Shown piece after piece: positions 14,093 through 24,681 of a stretch of DNA of 30,600 nucleotides. Each line of letters begins with the position of its first letter. Within the stretch, counting starts at the first letter, position 1. The DNA comes from a virus (taxonomy: Duplodnaviria; Caudoviricetes): positions 1 to 30,600 of IMG/VR virus record IMGVR_UViG_3300025646_000213, one strand, 5' to 3'. The position numbers and the translations under genes are program-made. The notes below the pieces were generated by a model. That model saw nothing but the letters and a program-made list of their open reading frames with translations. It was not told the origin of the DNA and ran no database searches.

Positions 14093-14333
14093 CTTGTTTT
14101 CTAATAAAATCTTTTTCTAAATTACAAAATTGAATTATTTTATCTAATTGTTCAAACACATCTCCTTTAGTATAAAGTCTAGATGCATATTTAATTATTG
14201 CAAATTGAGTTGCATTAAAATTATTAGCTCTTGCATACGTAAATGGTTGAATTTTAAGGTTTTTATAGTGGTCACCCCCTATTTGATAATCTAATGGAAA
14301 CGCTTCATTGAACTCTTTATCATTCATAATCAA
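14052..14333 (-). CDS. DUF3310 (SaV-like) protein
   Basis: QIGGDHYK...IQP...IKY..R...K....DK signature. Confidence 0.8.
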   Translation of the reverse strand: MIMNDKEFNEAFPLDYQIGGDHYKNLKIQPFTYARANNFNATQFAIIKYASRLYTKGDVFEQLDKIIQFCNLEKDFIRKQDAKSSSQKNNKNK

Positions 14334-15906
14334 TCCTTTCTAATTCGTTTTTAAGCCTACATAAAGGGAAAGTAGTATCAAAGCTACTCCGTAATATATG
14401 TAAATATTTCTTTGCTCTGGTAACTCCCACATACCAAACTCTATATTCTGAACTAACTTCTTTAGAACTTTTACGATAGATTGAAGCTGCGAAACTACTT
14501 TTTTCATATAATACAATATGATCCGCTTCATCTCCTTTAATTGAATGTATGGTGTCAATAAGAATCCGTGGATCTTCATCCATGTTTGTACCATTTTTTA
14601 TAACATTTTCAAAATAAATTTTATCTTTTTCTGGAAAATTTCTGTTAAACATGTCTTGCCAGTTTTTAATTTTAGCATTTAAACCACCTTGTTCTTGTAA
14701 AAATTTTAAATCTAATAATTGTTCTTTATCAACTGACGACCATTTCTTGGTATCCGTACTCCGATAGCCGTGTTGTATATCATTGATATAGGTGTATATG
14801 ACTTGCACATCTTCTTTTAAAACACTTTCTCCATTTAATAATTTATCCCAAGAAAGAACTGCTCTATATTTATTTAAATCAAATGATTTATGTTCACTGG
14901 TATCTTTAAAATATAAACCATGTTTCTTCGCTTCTTCTTTTAACTCATAGACAATTTTATTAGTTCTACCAAGAATCATCCAAGAACCCGGTGCATCAAA
15001 AGGAATATCCATAAAACGATTATAAGTTAAAATATGTCCTTCTTCTTTCAATGGCACAAATTTTTTATGAACTCTGTTTTTAATATACGTAGAAATGTAT
15101 TGTGAGTATTGGTGAATTTTTTTAGGCATTCGATGAGATTGATTTAAAATAAAATTTCGTCCTGGAAACTCTATAAAGTTTTCTACTTCAGCGCCATTCC
15201 ATTCATAGATTGCTTGATCATCATCTCCTGCTAAATAAATTTTATCTGAGTTCTTAGCAATCTTATACACAAGCTTCCATTGTAAGGGAGTAAGATCCTG
15301 TGCCTCATCTACAATTAATACTTTAAAACTAGGGTCTTCTGCTTTAGCTAAATATTCTTCGATCATATCGGTAAAGTCGACTCGATGATTCTTTTTAAAA
15401 TTTTCATAAGCTTCTATAATAATTTCAAATTTAGAACGATTGACTTGTTTATTTTCTTCCTTAACATATTGTTCAATTGGAGAAACTAATCGATTTCTCG
15501 CTTTATCATAAACTCGTAATGACCAGTCATTCCATACTGCTTGACCATTGTGTTTTTCATACCTAATCTTTGGCAAGTTTAATTTCTCTGCAAATTCTAC
15601 CATATCTGTTTCAGGGTCAATTACTGGTTTAGATTTAAAGTTTTGTCTACAGAAACTATGTAAGGTTCTAAAATTAAAAATATCTTCTTCAGTTGCATCA
15701 ACAAATTGTTTCTTAGCTCTTTCAACTGCAGTATCTACTGCTTTGTTGGTGAAGGCTAAAAAAGCAACTTGAATCGGCATTAATCCTCTTGCAAACAATC
15801 GATCTAAATGATTTAATAAAGTGGTAGTCTTTCCTGTACCTGGTGGACCAAAGATCTTAACTGTTTTCTTCTTCAAATGGTGCTCGTTCTCTTTTGAACA
15901 AAACAT
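14320..15906 (-). CDS. UvrD/Rep-like superfamily 1 DNA helicase (true start possibly TTG at 15876)
   Basis: GPPGTGKT, AFTNKA, TLHS, VDEAQD, GDDDQAIY, TIHSIKG, YVGVTRAK. Confidence 0.95.
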   Translation of the reverse strand: MFCSKENEHHLKKKTVKIFGPPGTGKTTTLLNHLDRLFARGLMPIQVAFLAFTNKAVDTAVERAKKQFVDATEEDIFNFRTLHSFCRQNFKSKPVIDPETDMVEFAEKLNLPKIRYEKHNGQAVWNDWSLRVYDKARNRLVSPIEQYVKEENKQVNRSKFEIIIEAYENFKKNHRVDFTDMIEEYLAKAEDPSFKVLIVDEAQDLTPLQWKLVYKIAKNSDKIYLAGDDDQAIYEWNGAEVENFIEFPGRNFILNQSHRMPKKIHQYSQYISTYIKNRVHKKFVPLKEEGHILTYNRFMDIPFDAPGSWMILGRTNKIVYELKEEAKKHGLYFKDTSEHKSFDLNKYRAVLSWDKLLNGESVLKEDVQVIYTYINDIQHGYRSTDTKKWSSVDKEQLLDLKFLQEQGGLNAKIKNWQDMFNRNFPEKDKIYFENVIKNGTNMDEDPRILIDTIHSIKGDEADHIVLYEKSSFAASIYRKSSKEVSSEYRVWYVGVTRAKKYLHILRSSFDTTFPLCRLKNELERIDYE

Positions 15907-17389
15907 TACTTGTCCTCTCTATAACTGGTTCGTCCACTTTATCGGCTAGCCATACATTTTTTAATTTAAGTTTGTCGTAATATTCTTTTTTATTACATCC
16001 ATGTTTTTTAAGAATATTAATAATTTCATATTTTTTTATTGTTTTATTATTTTTTCTAATAAATCTTTCAAAGGTTCTATATTTAAATACAATAGAATCT
16101 TTATTTAAAAACCACATGTCTGCTTCTACTTGTGATGGATTATCTGCTTGTTGCGTTTCTTGAGTAAATTGAATTAAAGTATCTTTAAACTCTTGTTCTG
16201 ATTCTTCTGTTTCATCATAGCCTTCAATGTCTTGTTGCATCTGTTTTAACTGCACTAAAAATTTTCTATAGTCTTTGTCTTTCATCTTCATCCATACAAT
16301 GTCTGCTTGATCGAATAATTGTTCTGAAAGAAGTTGTTGTTGGTTTAATTGTTTTCCATTTAACTCTACCGTCATTTTTCCTAGAGTTAAAAAATATATT
16401 GGTGGATTAGTTTTTAATCTTTGAAAAGAATCAATTGATGGAACATAAGAACCAGAGTCTATTCCATATTTTAGTTCCTTGCACAAAGCTGCATTACAAT
16501 GTGCTTTTAAAGGCATGTCTGAACATTTATAAGAATAATCTTTTTTCTCATATTGTTTAATTAAACCTTGCACTTCAGATTTAGGCAAAGGTTCATTAAA
16601 CATTTCATTCCGATCCCAAACTTCTTTTTGCCAACCTTCTGGATTTCTTTTCTTTGCTAATGTAGCAAAACCTGTTAATGCATTATTCCGATAACCGTCT
16701 TCACAATTATTTCTAATCAACGCTTGTAAGCATGGCGGAAACTGATCAAATTCATCCTCTTGATCGACAACTTTAGCTACTTCAATTGCATTAAAGTTTT
16801 CTGGTTTAATACGATACTTACTTACAAAAGCAAATAAATCATTTAAAGGAACTCCAATTCCATTATCATACATTGCATAACGTGTAGTACGTGCAGCTTG
16901 TTGATATGGAATATTTAACCAGTTTCCTAAATCATTTTTATGTACCATAATTTCTCTTTGTTTAGGAAAGATCTCACAAGATGATAAACCTAGATCCGAT
17001 GCAATTTCAGTAAGTTTGTCAATCATATCAGATGCAAGGATCTCTCCATCTATGTGCAAGAATAAATGAACCCCACCAGATTTCGATCGATATGGAACTA
17101 AAGGATAATTTTTATAACGAATTTTTTCTATTAAATCTTTATGATTTAAATTGTATTTATCAACATCAATACATCCCCAAGAACATTTATTGTCTTTGTT
17201 AATAGGAATGATTCCTAAATTAATTTCTCCGTTGATATGTTTTCTAAAAAGTTCTTCGGTAACAGGGCCACGCTTAGTAATCGCTTGGCCCTTAGTTTTA
17301 CCGGTCTTGGAGTCTTTATCTCCATTAAGGAAATATTCTCCATAGGCAATGTCCAAGCCTTTGAAAAGGTCTATGAACTGTTGAATCAT
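15857..17389 (-). CDS. AEP-superfamily primase with C-terminal PriCT-like and Cys domain
   Basis: WGCIDVD, RSKSGGVH, EIFPKQ, PPCL..., RNNAL motifs. Confidence 0.8.
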   Translation of the reverse strand: MIQQFIDLFKGLDIAYGEYFLNGDKDSKTGKTKGQAITKRGPVTEELFRKHINGEINLGIIPINKDNKCSWGCIDVDKYNLNHKDLIEKIRYKNYPLVPYRSKSGGVHLFLHIDGEILASDMIDKLTEIASDLGLSSCEIFPKQREIMVHKNDLGNWLNIPYQQAARTTRYAMYDNGIGVPLNDLFAFVSKYRIKPENFNAIEVAKVVDQEDEFDQFPPCLQALIRNNCEDGYRNNALTGFATLAKKRNPEGWQKEVWDRNEMFNEPLPKSEVQGLIKQYEKKDYSYKCSDMPLKAHCNAALCKELKYGIDSGSYVPSIDSFQRLKTNPPIYFLTLGKMTVELNGKQLNQQQLLSEQLFDQADIVWMKMKDKDYRKFLVQLKQMQQDIEGYDETEESEQEFKDTLIQFTQETQQADNPSQVEADMWFLNKDSIVFKYRTFERFIRKNNKTIKKYEIINILKKHGCNKKEYYDKLKLKNVWLADKVDEPVIERTSNVLFKRERAPFEEENS

Positions 17390-18201
17390 TAAAATGGCTG
17401 TTTTTCATTCGCTACGTTTTGGGAAGCTGTAGCCTCTGCTTCTTCAGATTGAACTTTAACATCGCCACCTTTTATAGTCTCATAAAATTGTTTTCCAATT
17501 TTATAAACATCGGCTGTGACATCACCATGATGATTAATCACAAAACCTGGCCAAGAATAAGTTTTATTTCTTTCCATAATAGAACTCATTTTATAAACTT
17601 GAGACCATCTAGGTAAATCAACTTTTTGACCGTTGATGTCCCTTCTCATGTTCATAATCATTGCATTCCATTGTTTGGATTTCTTGAACTGGGTTTTACT
17701 CATGTAAACAACTGCTTTCTCAGCTACCTTCATGTTTTCGTCTAATATTAAAACATAATGTTCACCATTAGCTTCTAAGACGTTTCCATTACCCAATACA
17801 TCTTTCGATCCTTGTCTAGTAGTTTGATCTTTAATTGGATGATCGGATGGATATTCAGCTACAGGACCAGCAGAAGTATTATTCATGTCCCATTCTTTGT
17901 ACGTTAATTTATAATAACACGGAACTACAAATAACCCTTGTCCACCATCGTATAATGTTTTGGTAACACTATTAATAAACATAAGGGGTCTTGCAGAGTC
18001 AATGTAATCTGAACTACCTGGTTGACACTCAGGAGAAGTACTTGCCAGTAGTTTTAATCTTGGCAAAGTAACATCTCTGTCAGTGATGTTATCATGTCCT
18101 AAGTCAGCATCTTGAATTATTAGACTAGCTAATTCTCCTCCAGACTGTTTCTTAACGACATTTGTTTGTTGTGTTGCGTTTTGCTGTTTTGCGTTTTGCA
18201 T
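17389..18201 (-). CDS. Putative single-stranded DNA-binding protein
   Basis: Position in the replication operon, LPRLKLL motif, acidic tail ending in PF. Confidence 0.6.
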   Translation of the reverse strand: MQNAKQQNATQQTNVVKKQSGGELASLIIQDADLGHDNITDRDVTLPRLKLLASTSPECQPGSSDYIDSARPLMFINSVTKTLYDGGQGLFVVPCYYKLTYKEWDMNNTSAGPVAEYPSDHPIKDQTTRQGSKDVLGNGNVLEANGEHYVLILDENMKVAEKAVVYMSKTQFKKSKQWNAMIMNMRRDINGQKVDLPRWSQVYKMSSIMERNKTYSWPGFVINHHGDVTADVYKIGKQFYETIKGGDVKVQSEEAEATASQNVANEKQPF

Positions 18202-18209
18202 ATTTTCTC

Positions 18210-18734
18210 CTATGTAAGTTTGGCTCTATTAGTTACATAAGTTTGAAATAAATCAGATGGAACTGCTCTACCTTCTTCAACTTCAGTTTTGAACCAAGCC
18301 TTTAAAGTTTGAGCATGTACATCTTGTTTTACTTCTGAACTTATATTTAAAGATTTTAAGTAGTCTAGAACCTTTTGAGCTACTTCATCTTTTTTCATTC
18401 CCAAGTCGACGGTAATGAAATTTTTTATGAGACCCCCATGTCCGTTATCTCTTAACCAATCTAAACATTCTTGTCTTCTTTCAAGAGAAAGTTTTGCACT
18501 ATAGAATGGAGATAAACCTATTTGGGTGCCGTCCGTAAATTCCCAAGTCTTAATATTTAATTCTTCCATTAAGTTAGGAATTACATCATCTCGAAGTTTC
18601 ATTCGATATTCTTTTTTTTCAGAGACTATCTTTTCTAAATCTTCGATTTCTTTGTTTACTGTTTCTAGATTTTTGCACTGGTCATGCAAATGATCGTACT
18701 TATCGCCCGATCCTTTTTTTATATTTTCTACCAT
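18210..18734 (-). CDS. Conserved phage replication-region protein (WLRDNGHG...VHAQTLKA)
   Basis: AGGAGGA RBS before ATG at 18734; motif recurrent next to SSB genes. Confidence 0.8.
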   Translation of the reverse strand: MVENIKKGSGDKYDHLHDQCKNLETVNKEIEDLEKIVSEKKEYRMKLRDDVIPNLMEELNIKTWEFTDGTQIGLSPFYSAKLSLERRQECLDWLRDNGHGGLIKNFITVDLGMKKDEVAQKVLDYLKSLNISSEVKQDVHAQTLKAWFKTEVEEGRAVPSDLFQTYVTNRAKLT

Positions 18735-18796
18735 AGTTCCTCCTACCAACTAAATATTATATTGCATTTATAAGTCAAGTAATATATTTACGTTGC

Positions 18797-20221
18797 GTGG
18801 AAAAAAAGAAATACAATTTTAAAACACCGCCATACGACCACCAAAGAAAAGCCTTAGAAATTGGTTGGGACAAAGAAAGTTTTGCATACTTCATGGAAAT
18901 GGGTACTGGTAAAACTAAAGTTTTAATAGATAATCTTGGAGTTCTTTTCTCACAAAATTTAATAAATGCGGGTTTAATTATAGCACCTAAATCAGTTTAT
19001 ACAATATGGCAAAATGATGAATTACCTAAACATTTAAATGTGGAATATGAAAGTTTATTATGGAAACCAACATTAAAAGAAAAACTTATAAAAGAATTTA
19101 TTAATAAAGAAACGAATAAATTAAAATTATTAGTAATGAATGTTGAAGCTTTTTCTACAAAAAAAGGATTAACATTTGCAGAAGAATTTATTAAGATCCA
19201 TCATTGTTTAGTATCAATTGACGAATCAACTGCAATTAAAAATCATAAAGCAATTCGTACAAAAAACATCCTTAAATTAAGAAAAGTAGCTAAATACCGT
19301 AGAATATTAACTGGTTCTCCGATAACCAAAAACCCATTAGATTTGTACACACAATGTTACTTTCTTGATCCGAATCACTTAGGATTTAAATCTTTATATG
19401 CATTTAAAAATTATCATTGTCATTTTGAAATTGTGTATTTTGGAGATCGTGAAATTGCAACACCAGTTGGTTTTAAAAATTTAAATGAAATTGAAAGTAA
19501 ACTACCAACCTTTTCTTTTAGAGTAACTAAAGAAGAATGTTTAGATTTACCTAAAAAAATATATACGGTTCGATATGTACAGTTAACCGATGAACAAAAG
19601 AAACTATACGAACAAATTGAATCAGAAGCTAGGGCTAACTTGCAACAGAATGAAATGACTGTAAATAATGTCTTAACTGAAATATTAAGACTTCATCAAA
19701 TTACTGCAGGATTTTTTACTGGTGATTCGGGTACCGTAGAACTTAAAAATAATAAATTAAATACTTTAATGGAAGTTGTTGATAGTATTGAGGGCAAAGC
19801 AATCATTTGGGCTAACTGGGTCCACAACATAGAACAAATTAAAGAAGAACTTGTTAAAGAATATGGTATGGAAAGCACAGTTACTTTTTATGGAAAGGTT
19901 ACATCTGATCAAAGAACAGAAGCCATTAGACAATTTCATAATAATCCAAAATGCAGATTCTTTGTTGCTAATCCATCTACCGGTGGTTATGGTTTAACTT
20001 TAACTCAAGCAACGACTGTAATCTATTATTCAAATAGCTATAATGCTGAACATCGTATGCAGTCAGAAGAACGAGCACACCGTATTGGTCAAACTGAAAA
20101 AGTAACTTATGTTGATTTAATTACGGAAGATACCGTAGATGAAAAAATTGTAAAAGCTTTAAAAACTAAATTTCGTCTGTCGGCTGAGACGCTTGGGGAA
20201 GTTGTACGGACTTGGATATAG
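18797..20221 (+). CDS. SNF2-family (SF2) helicase
   Basis: MEMGTGKT, DES, LTGSP, GYGLTL, QSEERAHRIGQ. Confidence 0.95.
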   Translation: MEKKKYNFKTPPYDHQRKALEIGWDKESFAYFMEMGTGKTKVLIDNLGVLFSQNLINAGLIIAPKSVYTIWQNDELPKHLNVEYESLLWKPTLKEKLIKEFINKETNKLKLLVMNVEAFSTKKGLTFAEEFIKIHHCLVSIDESTAIKNHKAIRTKNILKLRKVAKYRRILTGSPITKNPLDLYTQCYFLDPNHLGFKSLYAFKNYHCHFEIVYFGDREIATPVGFKNLNEIESKLPTFSFRVTKEECLDLPKKIYTVRYVQLTDEQKKLYEQIESEARANLQQNEMTVNNVLTEILRLHQITAGFFTGDSGTVELKNNKLNTLMEVVDSIEGKAIIWANWVHNIEQIKEELVKEYGMESTVTFYGKVTSDQRTEAIRQFHNNPKCRFFVANPSTGGYGLTLTQATTVIYYSNSYNAEHRMQSEERAHRIGQTEKVTYVDLITEDTVDEKIVKALKTKFRLSAETLGEVVRTWI

Positions 20222-20876
20222 TTTGAAATTTATTAAACCGATCCCACCACAAATTCGTATACATTTGTAATTGTTGTTTATCAATTTCAAATAATTGAAA
20301 CTGTAAATCTCTACTACACATTAAAACTGCACCTGCCTCTATTTCACCATGATGTTTTTTATGAGCTTCGGAATAAGCTGCAAGTTGAATAAAATAATCT
20401 TCAATCCATTCTCGACGTTTTGGTTTGTTAGTTTGTTTAAAATCCATGATCGTTGGCTTGCCTTTAAACAATCCTACAAGGTCTGTAGTCCCAGCATATA
20501 GATTTTCGTATCTAAGGTGTACTTCTGAGCCCCAAGCTTCGTTTAAATGGACTAATCCTTCTGATATGACCTTTCCTGCCATTTTAACGGCCTGTATTTC
20601 GTCATCGTCCTTTGGCTGGTACTTAGTACCTAAAATGTGGTTTTCTAGCGTTAAATGCATCGCTGTGCCGACTTTTGCAGCTTCATTCTTAATTCTTTCC
20701 GCTTCTTCTTTGCCTACACGCGCAATCCACTTGTCGATCCCCGATTTGTCTTTAGTTGAATCTAAAATCGTTGTAACCGATGGCATACGTGCTTCTTTAT
20801 TAACGTAAACTCTTTTACCAGTTTCGTTATTCGTTTTTCGATCAAAGATTTCGTATTGATATTTTTTGATAAGCAC
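20166..20876 (-). CDS. PD-(D/E)xK exonuclease (MGME1/Cas4-like fold)
   Basis: PSVTTIL, GTAMH, E...YAGTTD, MDFKQT, QLAAY. Confidence 0.9.
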   Translation of the reverse strand: MLIKKYQYEIFDRKTNNETGKRVYVNKEARMPSVTTILDSTKDKSGIDKWIARVGKEEAERIKNEAAKVGTAMHLTLENHILGTKYQPKDDDEIQAVKMAGKVISEGLVHLNEAWGSEVHLRYENLYAGTTDLVGLFKGKPTIMDFKQTNKPKRREWIEDYFIQLAAYSEAHKKHHGEIEAGAVLMCSRDLQFQLFEIDKQQLQMYTNLWWDRFNKFQTISKSVQLPQASQPTDEI

Positions 20877-20885
20877 AGCTATATA

Positions 20886-21065
20886 TTAGCTGAAATGTTG
20901 TGAAAGTACAGCTAAAAGTATAGCAAACATTCCACCCACAAGCCATTTTTCCATTCTAGACATTCTAGATTCAATCTTATCTATTCTTTCGAAAGTTTGT
21001 TTCTGCATGATTCGACAGATTTTCTCATGGTATTCAATTCTGTCCATTGCAGATTTTCTAGGCAT
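20886..21065 (-). CDS. Small coiled-coil protein with C-terminal TM (XhlA/holin-like)
   Basis: HEKIC motif, coiled coil and hydrophobic C-terminus; AGGAG RBS before ATG at 21065. Confidence 0.65.
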   Translation of the reverse strand: MPRKSAMDRIEYHEKICRIMQKQTFERIDKIESRMSRMEKWLVGGMFAILLAVLSQHFS

Positions 21066-24000
21066 TTTGAGCTCCTGTTGCTTGTTGTCTACGTGCAATT
21101 GCTTTAGATAATTCATCTTCAGGAAATAGTTCTTCAATCCTGTCTGAAATAGATTGGTCTGCCATCATTGTAATTGGAGGAACTTCTGCAGGAGATACTG
21201 TTGGAGTAGATACCGCCGCAGGTTGTGTTGGCGATGTTTGTGAAACTTGTGGTATTGTTTGTTCAACATCTCCAATAGCAGATCTTAAATCATAATTAAA
21301 ATATTCTGGATCTTCAACATCATCCATTAACATACTTGTTTGAATTCCTACAATTCTTGCAATCTCTGCAATATCTCTAGCGTTTCCGTTTCTAACACCC
21401 CTGTTTAATAAATTCATGAATGCTCTTGAACCCATTAATCTAGATAAAACGTTCATTTGAATTAATATAGGTGCTTTAGCAAGAGGGTTAAGAGCAATCG
21501 AAGCTGCTACAAGTCCACCTGATAATGTTTTCTTTTGTGTTAAGAAGGTTGCTTGGTCTGCAAATTCCATAATTTCTTTACCTAAATCTTTACCAAAAAA
21601 TATTTCCATAGACTCTTTACCACCTAGTCTAGACATTTCATTTTTAAGTTTTTGACCATTTAATAAAACACCATCTACAATAGAACTTGTGTCATCAACC
21701 ATTTTTTGTAATAGTTTATTCATTCCTGCAGTTCTGATTTGTTGTAAACTTTCTCTGCCTTTTGGAGTTTGATTTAATACATTTGATATTTTAGCAAACT
21801 GGCCAATGTTATTTGGAGCGAAGATCGTGTCAATGGCTCGAATACCTTCCATCCCTGGTTTGGTTAAGTCACCAATAAAACCACCTAAGTCATTATATTG
21901 TTTAATAGTATCTAATTCATTTTTAATTGAATTAACTACATCATCCACATTAGATATTTCTCTATTTAAATACTTACTGTTCATTAAATTATTCATTAAC
22001 GTATCATCAATAGTTCCAGTTGCATTTGATAATTCATCCGCTAACCCCATTAATCTAGCAGCTTCTTGTTTACCAGCAACAAGCTCTAATGTTGAAGGAG
22101 TTTTGGAACCTGTTGCTTCTCCATATTTTTTAATAGTTCTTGCAAATTTTGACGCATCAATATTATTAGTAATACTATTTCTAGATCCATTTAAAATATC
22201 TTGTACTAATGTTTTAGTCATAAATAGTTTTGTTTTACTAACTTCGTCTTCACTTAATATTTTTCTAGATATTTTTTCTCCTGGTCTTAATCCAATTCTT
22301 TCTGCTTCGGCTGGTAATAATTCTTTAGCCGTTGCAAGTTTTTTCTGTTCAGCTTTTGTTAAGGGTTTACCCATTTCTTGAATAGCTTTTGCAAAAGGTT
22401 TGCCTTCTCCAAATTTAACTTCTTTTAATATTCTATTTAAATCATCAGGATTATTTCTTAATACAATTTTTCTTAATTGAGATGGGTCAATTGCTCCAGT
22501 TGCTCTAACTTGTTTTAATAATGCTTTAGCTGTACCACTTTGAAATTTTCCAGCATTGTTTTTAGTAAAATCAAAAGCAATTTGTCTTAATCTTAATGCT
22601 TCTTGAATCGTATTTTTATCTTGCACTGCTTGTTTTAAACCTTTTTTAAATCCTTCAGATAAAAAAGCATTATCAAAATATTCAATATTTTCTTTTACTA
22701 AATCAAAAATTTCATTTTTTTGTTTAATAGATAAATCTCTATATGTTTTAGGAACTCCATCTGACCCTTCTGTTAATACTTTTGTTATATTGGCTCGAAC
22801 GGATTGAGGCACTTTATCAGTCATTAAATTTGGACTTGTAGCTAACCAATCTGAAATAGTTTTATTTTTAGCTTGATTTAGTGTTACTTTAGCAGCACTT
22901 TCTGGAGCAGCTCCAATTGCTTCATTTAAGAATTGAGATCCTCTTTGTAACGTGAATTGATCAAAACCAGCTTCAACTGGATTAGGTACATAACCTAATT
23001 CATCCATTAATTGTTTTAAAGTATTTGCTTGTGTATAAGTTAATAAAGGTCTATCTCCTTGTAGGTAACCCATAACTTTTCTAACGGCTGGAGTATCCAT
23101 TAAAACATTGCCGTCTTTAATTTGTTGCATAAACATATTTTTAATTGGGGAAGCATCAATAATTGCTCTGTTACCAAACATTTGATCTACTCTAGAATAA
23201 AGCACAGAAGACTCTCTTTGAAAGTTAACGTATGCTTGTTGAGCATTTTTAATTACTTCATTTGATAAAACTTTTTGTTGTGTCTTCGGCACTTGTTCTT
23301 CAAACAATTGAGACAATAGTTTATTAATATTTCTTTCTGCTTCTTTAGAAGCCATTTCTGAACCACTAATAGATTCCCTTAAAGTTTTAAATGCGTTTTC
23401 ACCACCCTCTCTATATACTTTAAATAAAAATTCTGGGTTAACAAAGTTGTTTTTAAATACGGTATCGTATTGATCTTTAAAACTTGTTCTAGCTAATTGT
23501 TGCAGTTTAGCAGAATATGCTTCTAATTGTTTCGAAGGTCTTCCCATAAATGTTCTAGGACCCGTTTTGATTAAATTATTTAACAAAGACTGGTACTCGC
23601 TATCCGCAGCTACATCTACGCCTTTAGATTTTAAAATCATCTTTGTCATTTCATTATTCATGAATCGTTGATTGAAATAATCTCTAGGGTTGCCAAAAAT
23701 AGTATCAAACATTCCTTGGAATCTTCCAAGAATAGGTCTACCGGTTGTTTGTAGTAAAGAAGGAAGGGCTCCTAAGTTCTGTGTTTCTTGTCCTAATTCT
23801 TGTGCGATTTTTAATTTAGGATCGAACTTTCTATAACTTAATAAACTTTTTTCAAAACCTTGTTGTTCTAATGCTCTATTCGCATCATCAAATGTACTAA
23901 ATAAATTTGTAGCAGTTGTTCGTTGACCTGGTGCAAATAAATATCTGTAGATTCCTCTTAATCCTCTACCCAAACCTTCGCCTCCAGCTGACAATAAAGC

Positions 24001-24672
24001 TTCATAAGCAATATCTTTTGTAGTGTTACTTAATTCCATGTCTTCACCATTAAAGACAAATTCATCTAACGCTTTTCCAATACCTCCACCTAAACCAGTA
24101 ATTGCCATTGCTGGAATCGTTCCCATCCCCCCAGTTAAGACAGAAGCCGCAACTGCACCTACTAAAGGAAGACCCATAGATGATTTTAGTTCAGCAAGGT
24201 CATATATAAAATCAGGATTCATTGGATTTAAGTTTTTAAAAAAACCTAAGTCAGCATCAATTAATCGTCCTCGTTTTCCTTCTAATAAAGGGTCTTCACC
24301 AATTTTAGCTAACCCAACATCAGTTAAATAATATCTACCTCTGTTGTCTTTTCCAAAACCTTCTTTACCTACTTTCTTTTGCAGAAATGCCACACGTTCT
24401 TCTTCATTATCTTGTTCAGCAAAGTTAGATCTAAAATCAAAATTTTTAACACCTTTAGTGTTATCTATATCATCATTAGCACCAAATGGATTTGTAATAT
24501 TGCCTTGAGAAAATTTAAATACATCTCCGTCTTGAGACATATTTTTATCTTGACTGTAACCTTTTTGTTTTAGAATATTTAATTGATCAATATTTAAATC
24601 TTCAAGATCTAATTGTTTTCCATCTTTTAACTTTTGGAGTTGTTCTACATTTAAATCTTGTAAGTCTAGCAT
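21058..24672 (-). CDS. Large internal virion/DNA ejection protein (1204 aa)
   Basis: Size, helical composition, Gly/Ala-rich hydrophobic hairpin near aa 165-200, and last position in a three-gene series typical of podoviral ejection proteins. Confidence 0.7.
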   Translation of the reverse strand: MLDLQDLNVEQLQKLKDGKQLDLEDLNIDQLNILKQKGYSQDKNMSQDGDVFKFSQGNITNPFGANDDIDNTKGVKNFDFRSNFAEQDNEEERVAFLQKKVGKEGFGKDNRGRYYLTDVGLAKIGEDPLLEGKRGRLIDADLGFFKNLNPMNPDFIYDLAELKSSMGLPLVGAVAASVLTGGMGTIPAMAITGLGGGIGKALDEFVFNGEDMELSNTTKDIAYEALLSAGGEGLGRGLRGIYRYLFAPGQRTTATNLFSTFDDANRALEQQGFEKSLLSYRKFDPKLKIAQELGQETQNLGALPSLLQTTGRPILGRFQGMFDTIFGNPRDYFNQRFMNNEMTKMILKSKGVDVAADSEYQSLLNNLIKTGPRTFMGRPSKQLEAYSAKLQQLARTSFKDQYDTVFKNNFVNPEFLFKVYREGGENAFKTLRESISGSEMASKEAERNINKLLSQLFEEQVPKTQQKVLSNEVIKNAQQAYVNFQRESSVLYSRVDQMFGNRAIIDASPIKNMFMQQIKDGNVLMDTPAVRKVMGYLQGDRPLLTYTQANTLKQLMDELGYVPNPVEAGFDQFTLQRGSQFLNEAIGAAPESAAKVTLNQAKNKTISDWLATSPNLMTDKVPQSVRANITKVLTEGSDGVPKTYRDLSIKQKNEIFDLVKENIEYFDNAFLSEGFKKGLKQAVQDKNTIQEALRLRQIAFDFTKNNAGKFQSGTAKALLKQVRATGAIDPSQLRKIVLRNNPDDLNRILKEVKFGEGKPFAKAIQEMGKPLTKAEQKKLATAKELLPAEAERIGLRPGEKISRKILSEDEVSKTKLFMTKTLVQDILNGSRNSITNNIDASKFARTIKKYGEATGSKTPSTLELVAGKQEAARLMGLADELSNATGTIDDTLMNNLMNSKYLNREISNVDDVVNSIKNELDTIKQYNDLGGFIGDLTKPGMEGIRAIDTIFAPNNIGQFAKISNVLNQTPKGRESLQQIRTAGMNKLLQKMVDDTSSIVDGVLLNGQKLKNEMSRLGGKESMEIFFGKDLGKEIMEFADQATFLTQKKTLSGGLVAASIALNPLAKAPILIQMNVLSRLMGSRAFMNLLNRGVRNGNARDIAEIARIVGIQTSMLMDDVEDPEYFNYDLRSAIGDVEQTIPQVSQTSPTQPAAVSTPTVSPAEVPPITMMADQSISDRIEELFPEDELSKAIARRQQATGAQNA

Positions 24673-24681
24673 ACATAACCT

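Noticed and set aside
20166-20876. Exonuclease as evidence of a CRISPR-Cas4 system
   Set aside because: Lacks the Cas4 Fe-S cysteines and has no array or cas neighbours; an ordinary phage exonuclease.
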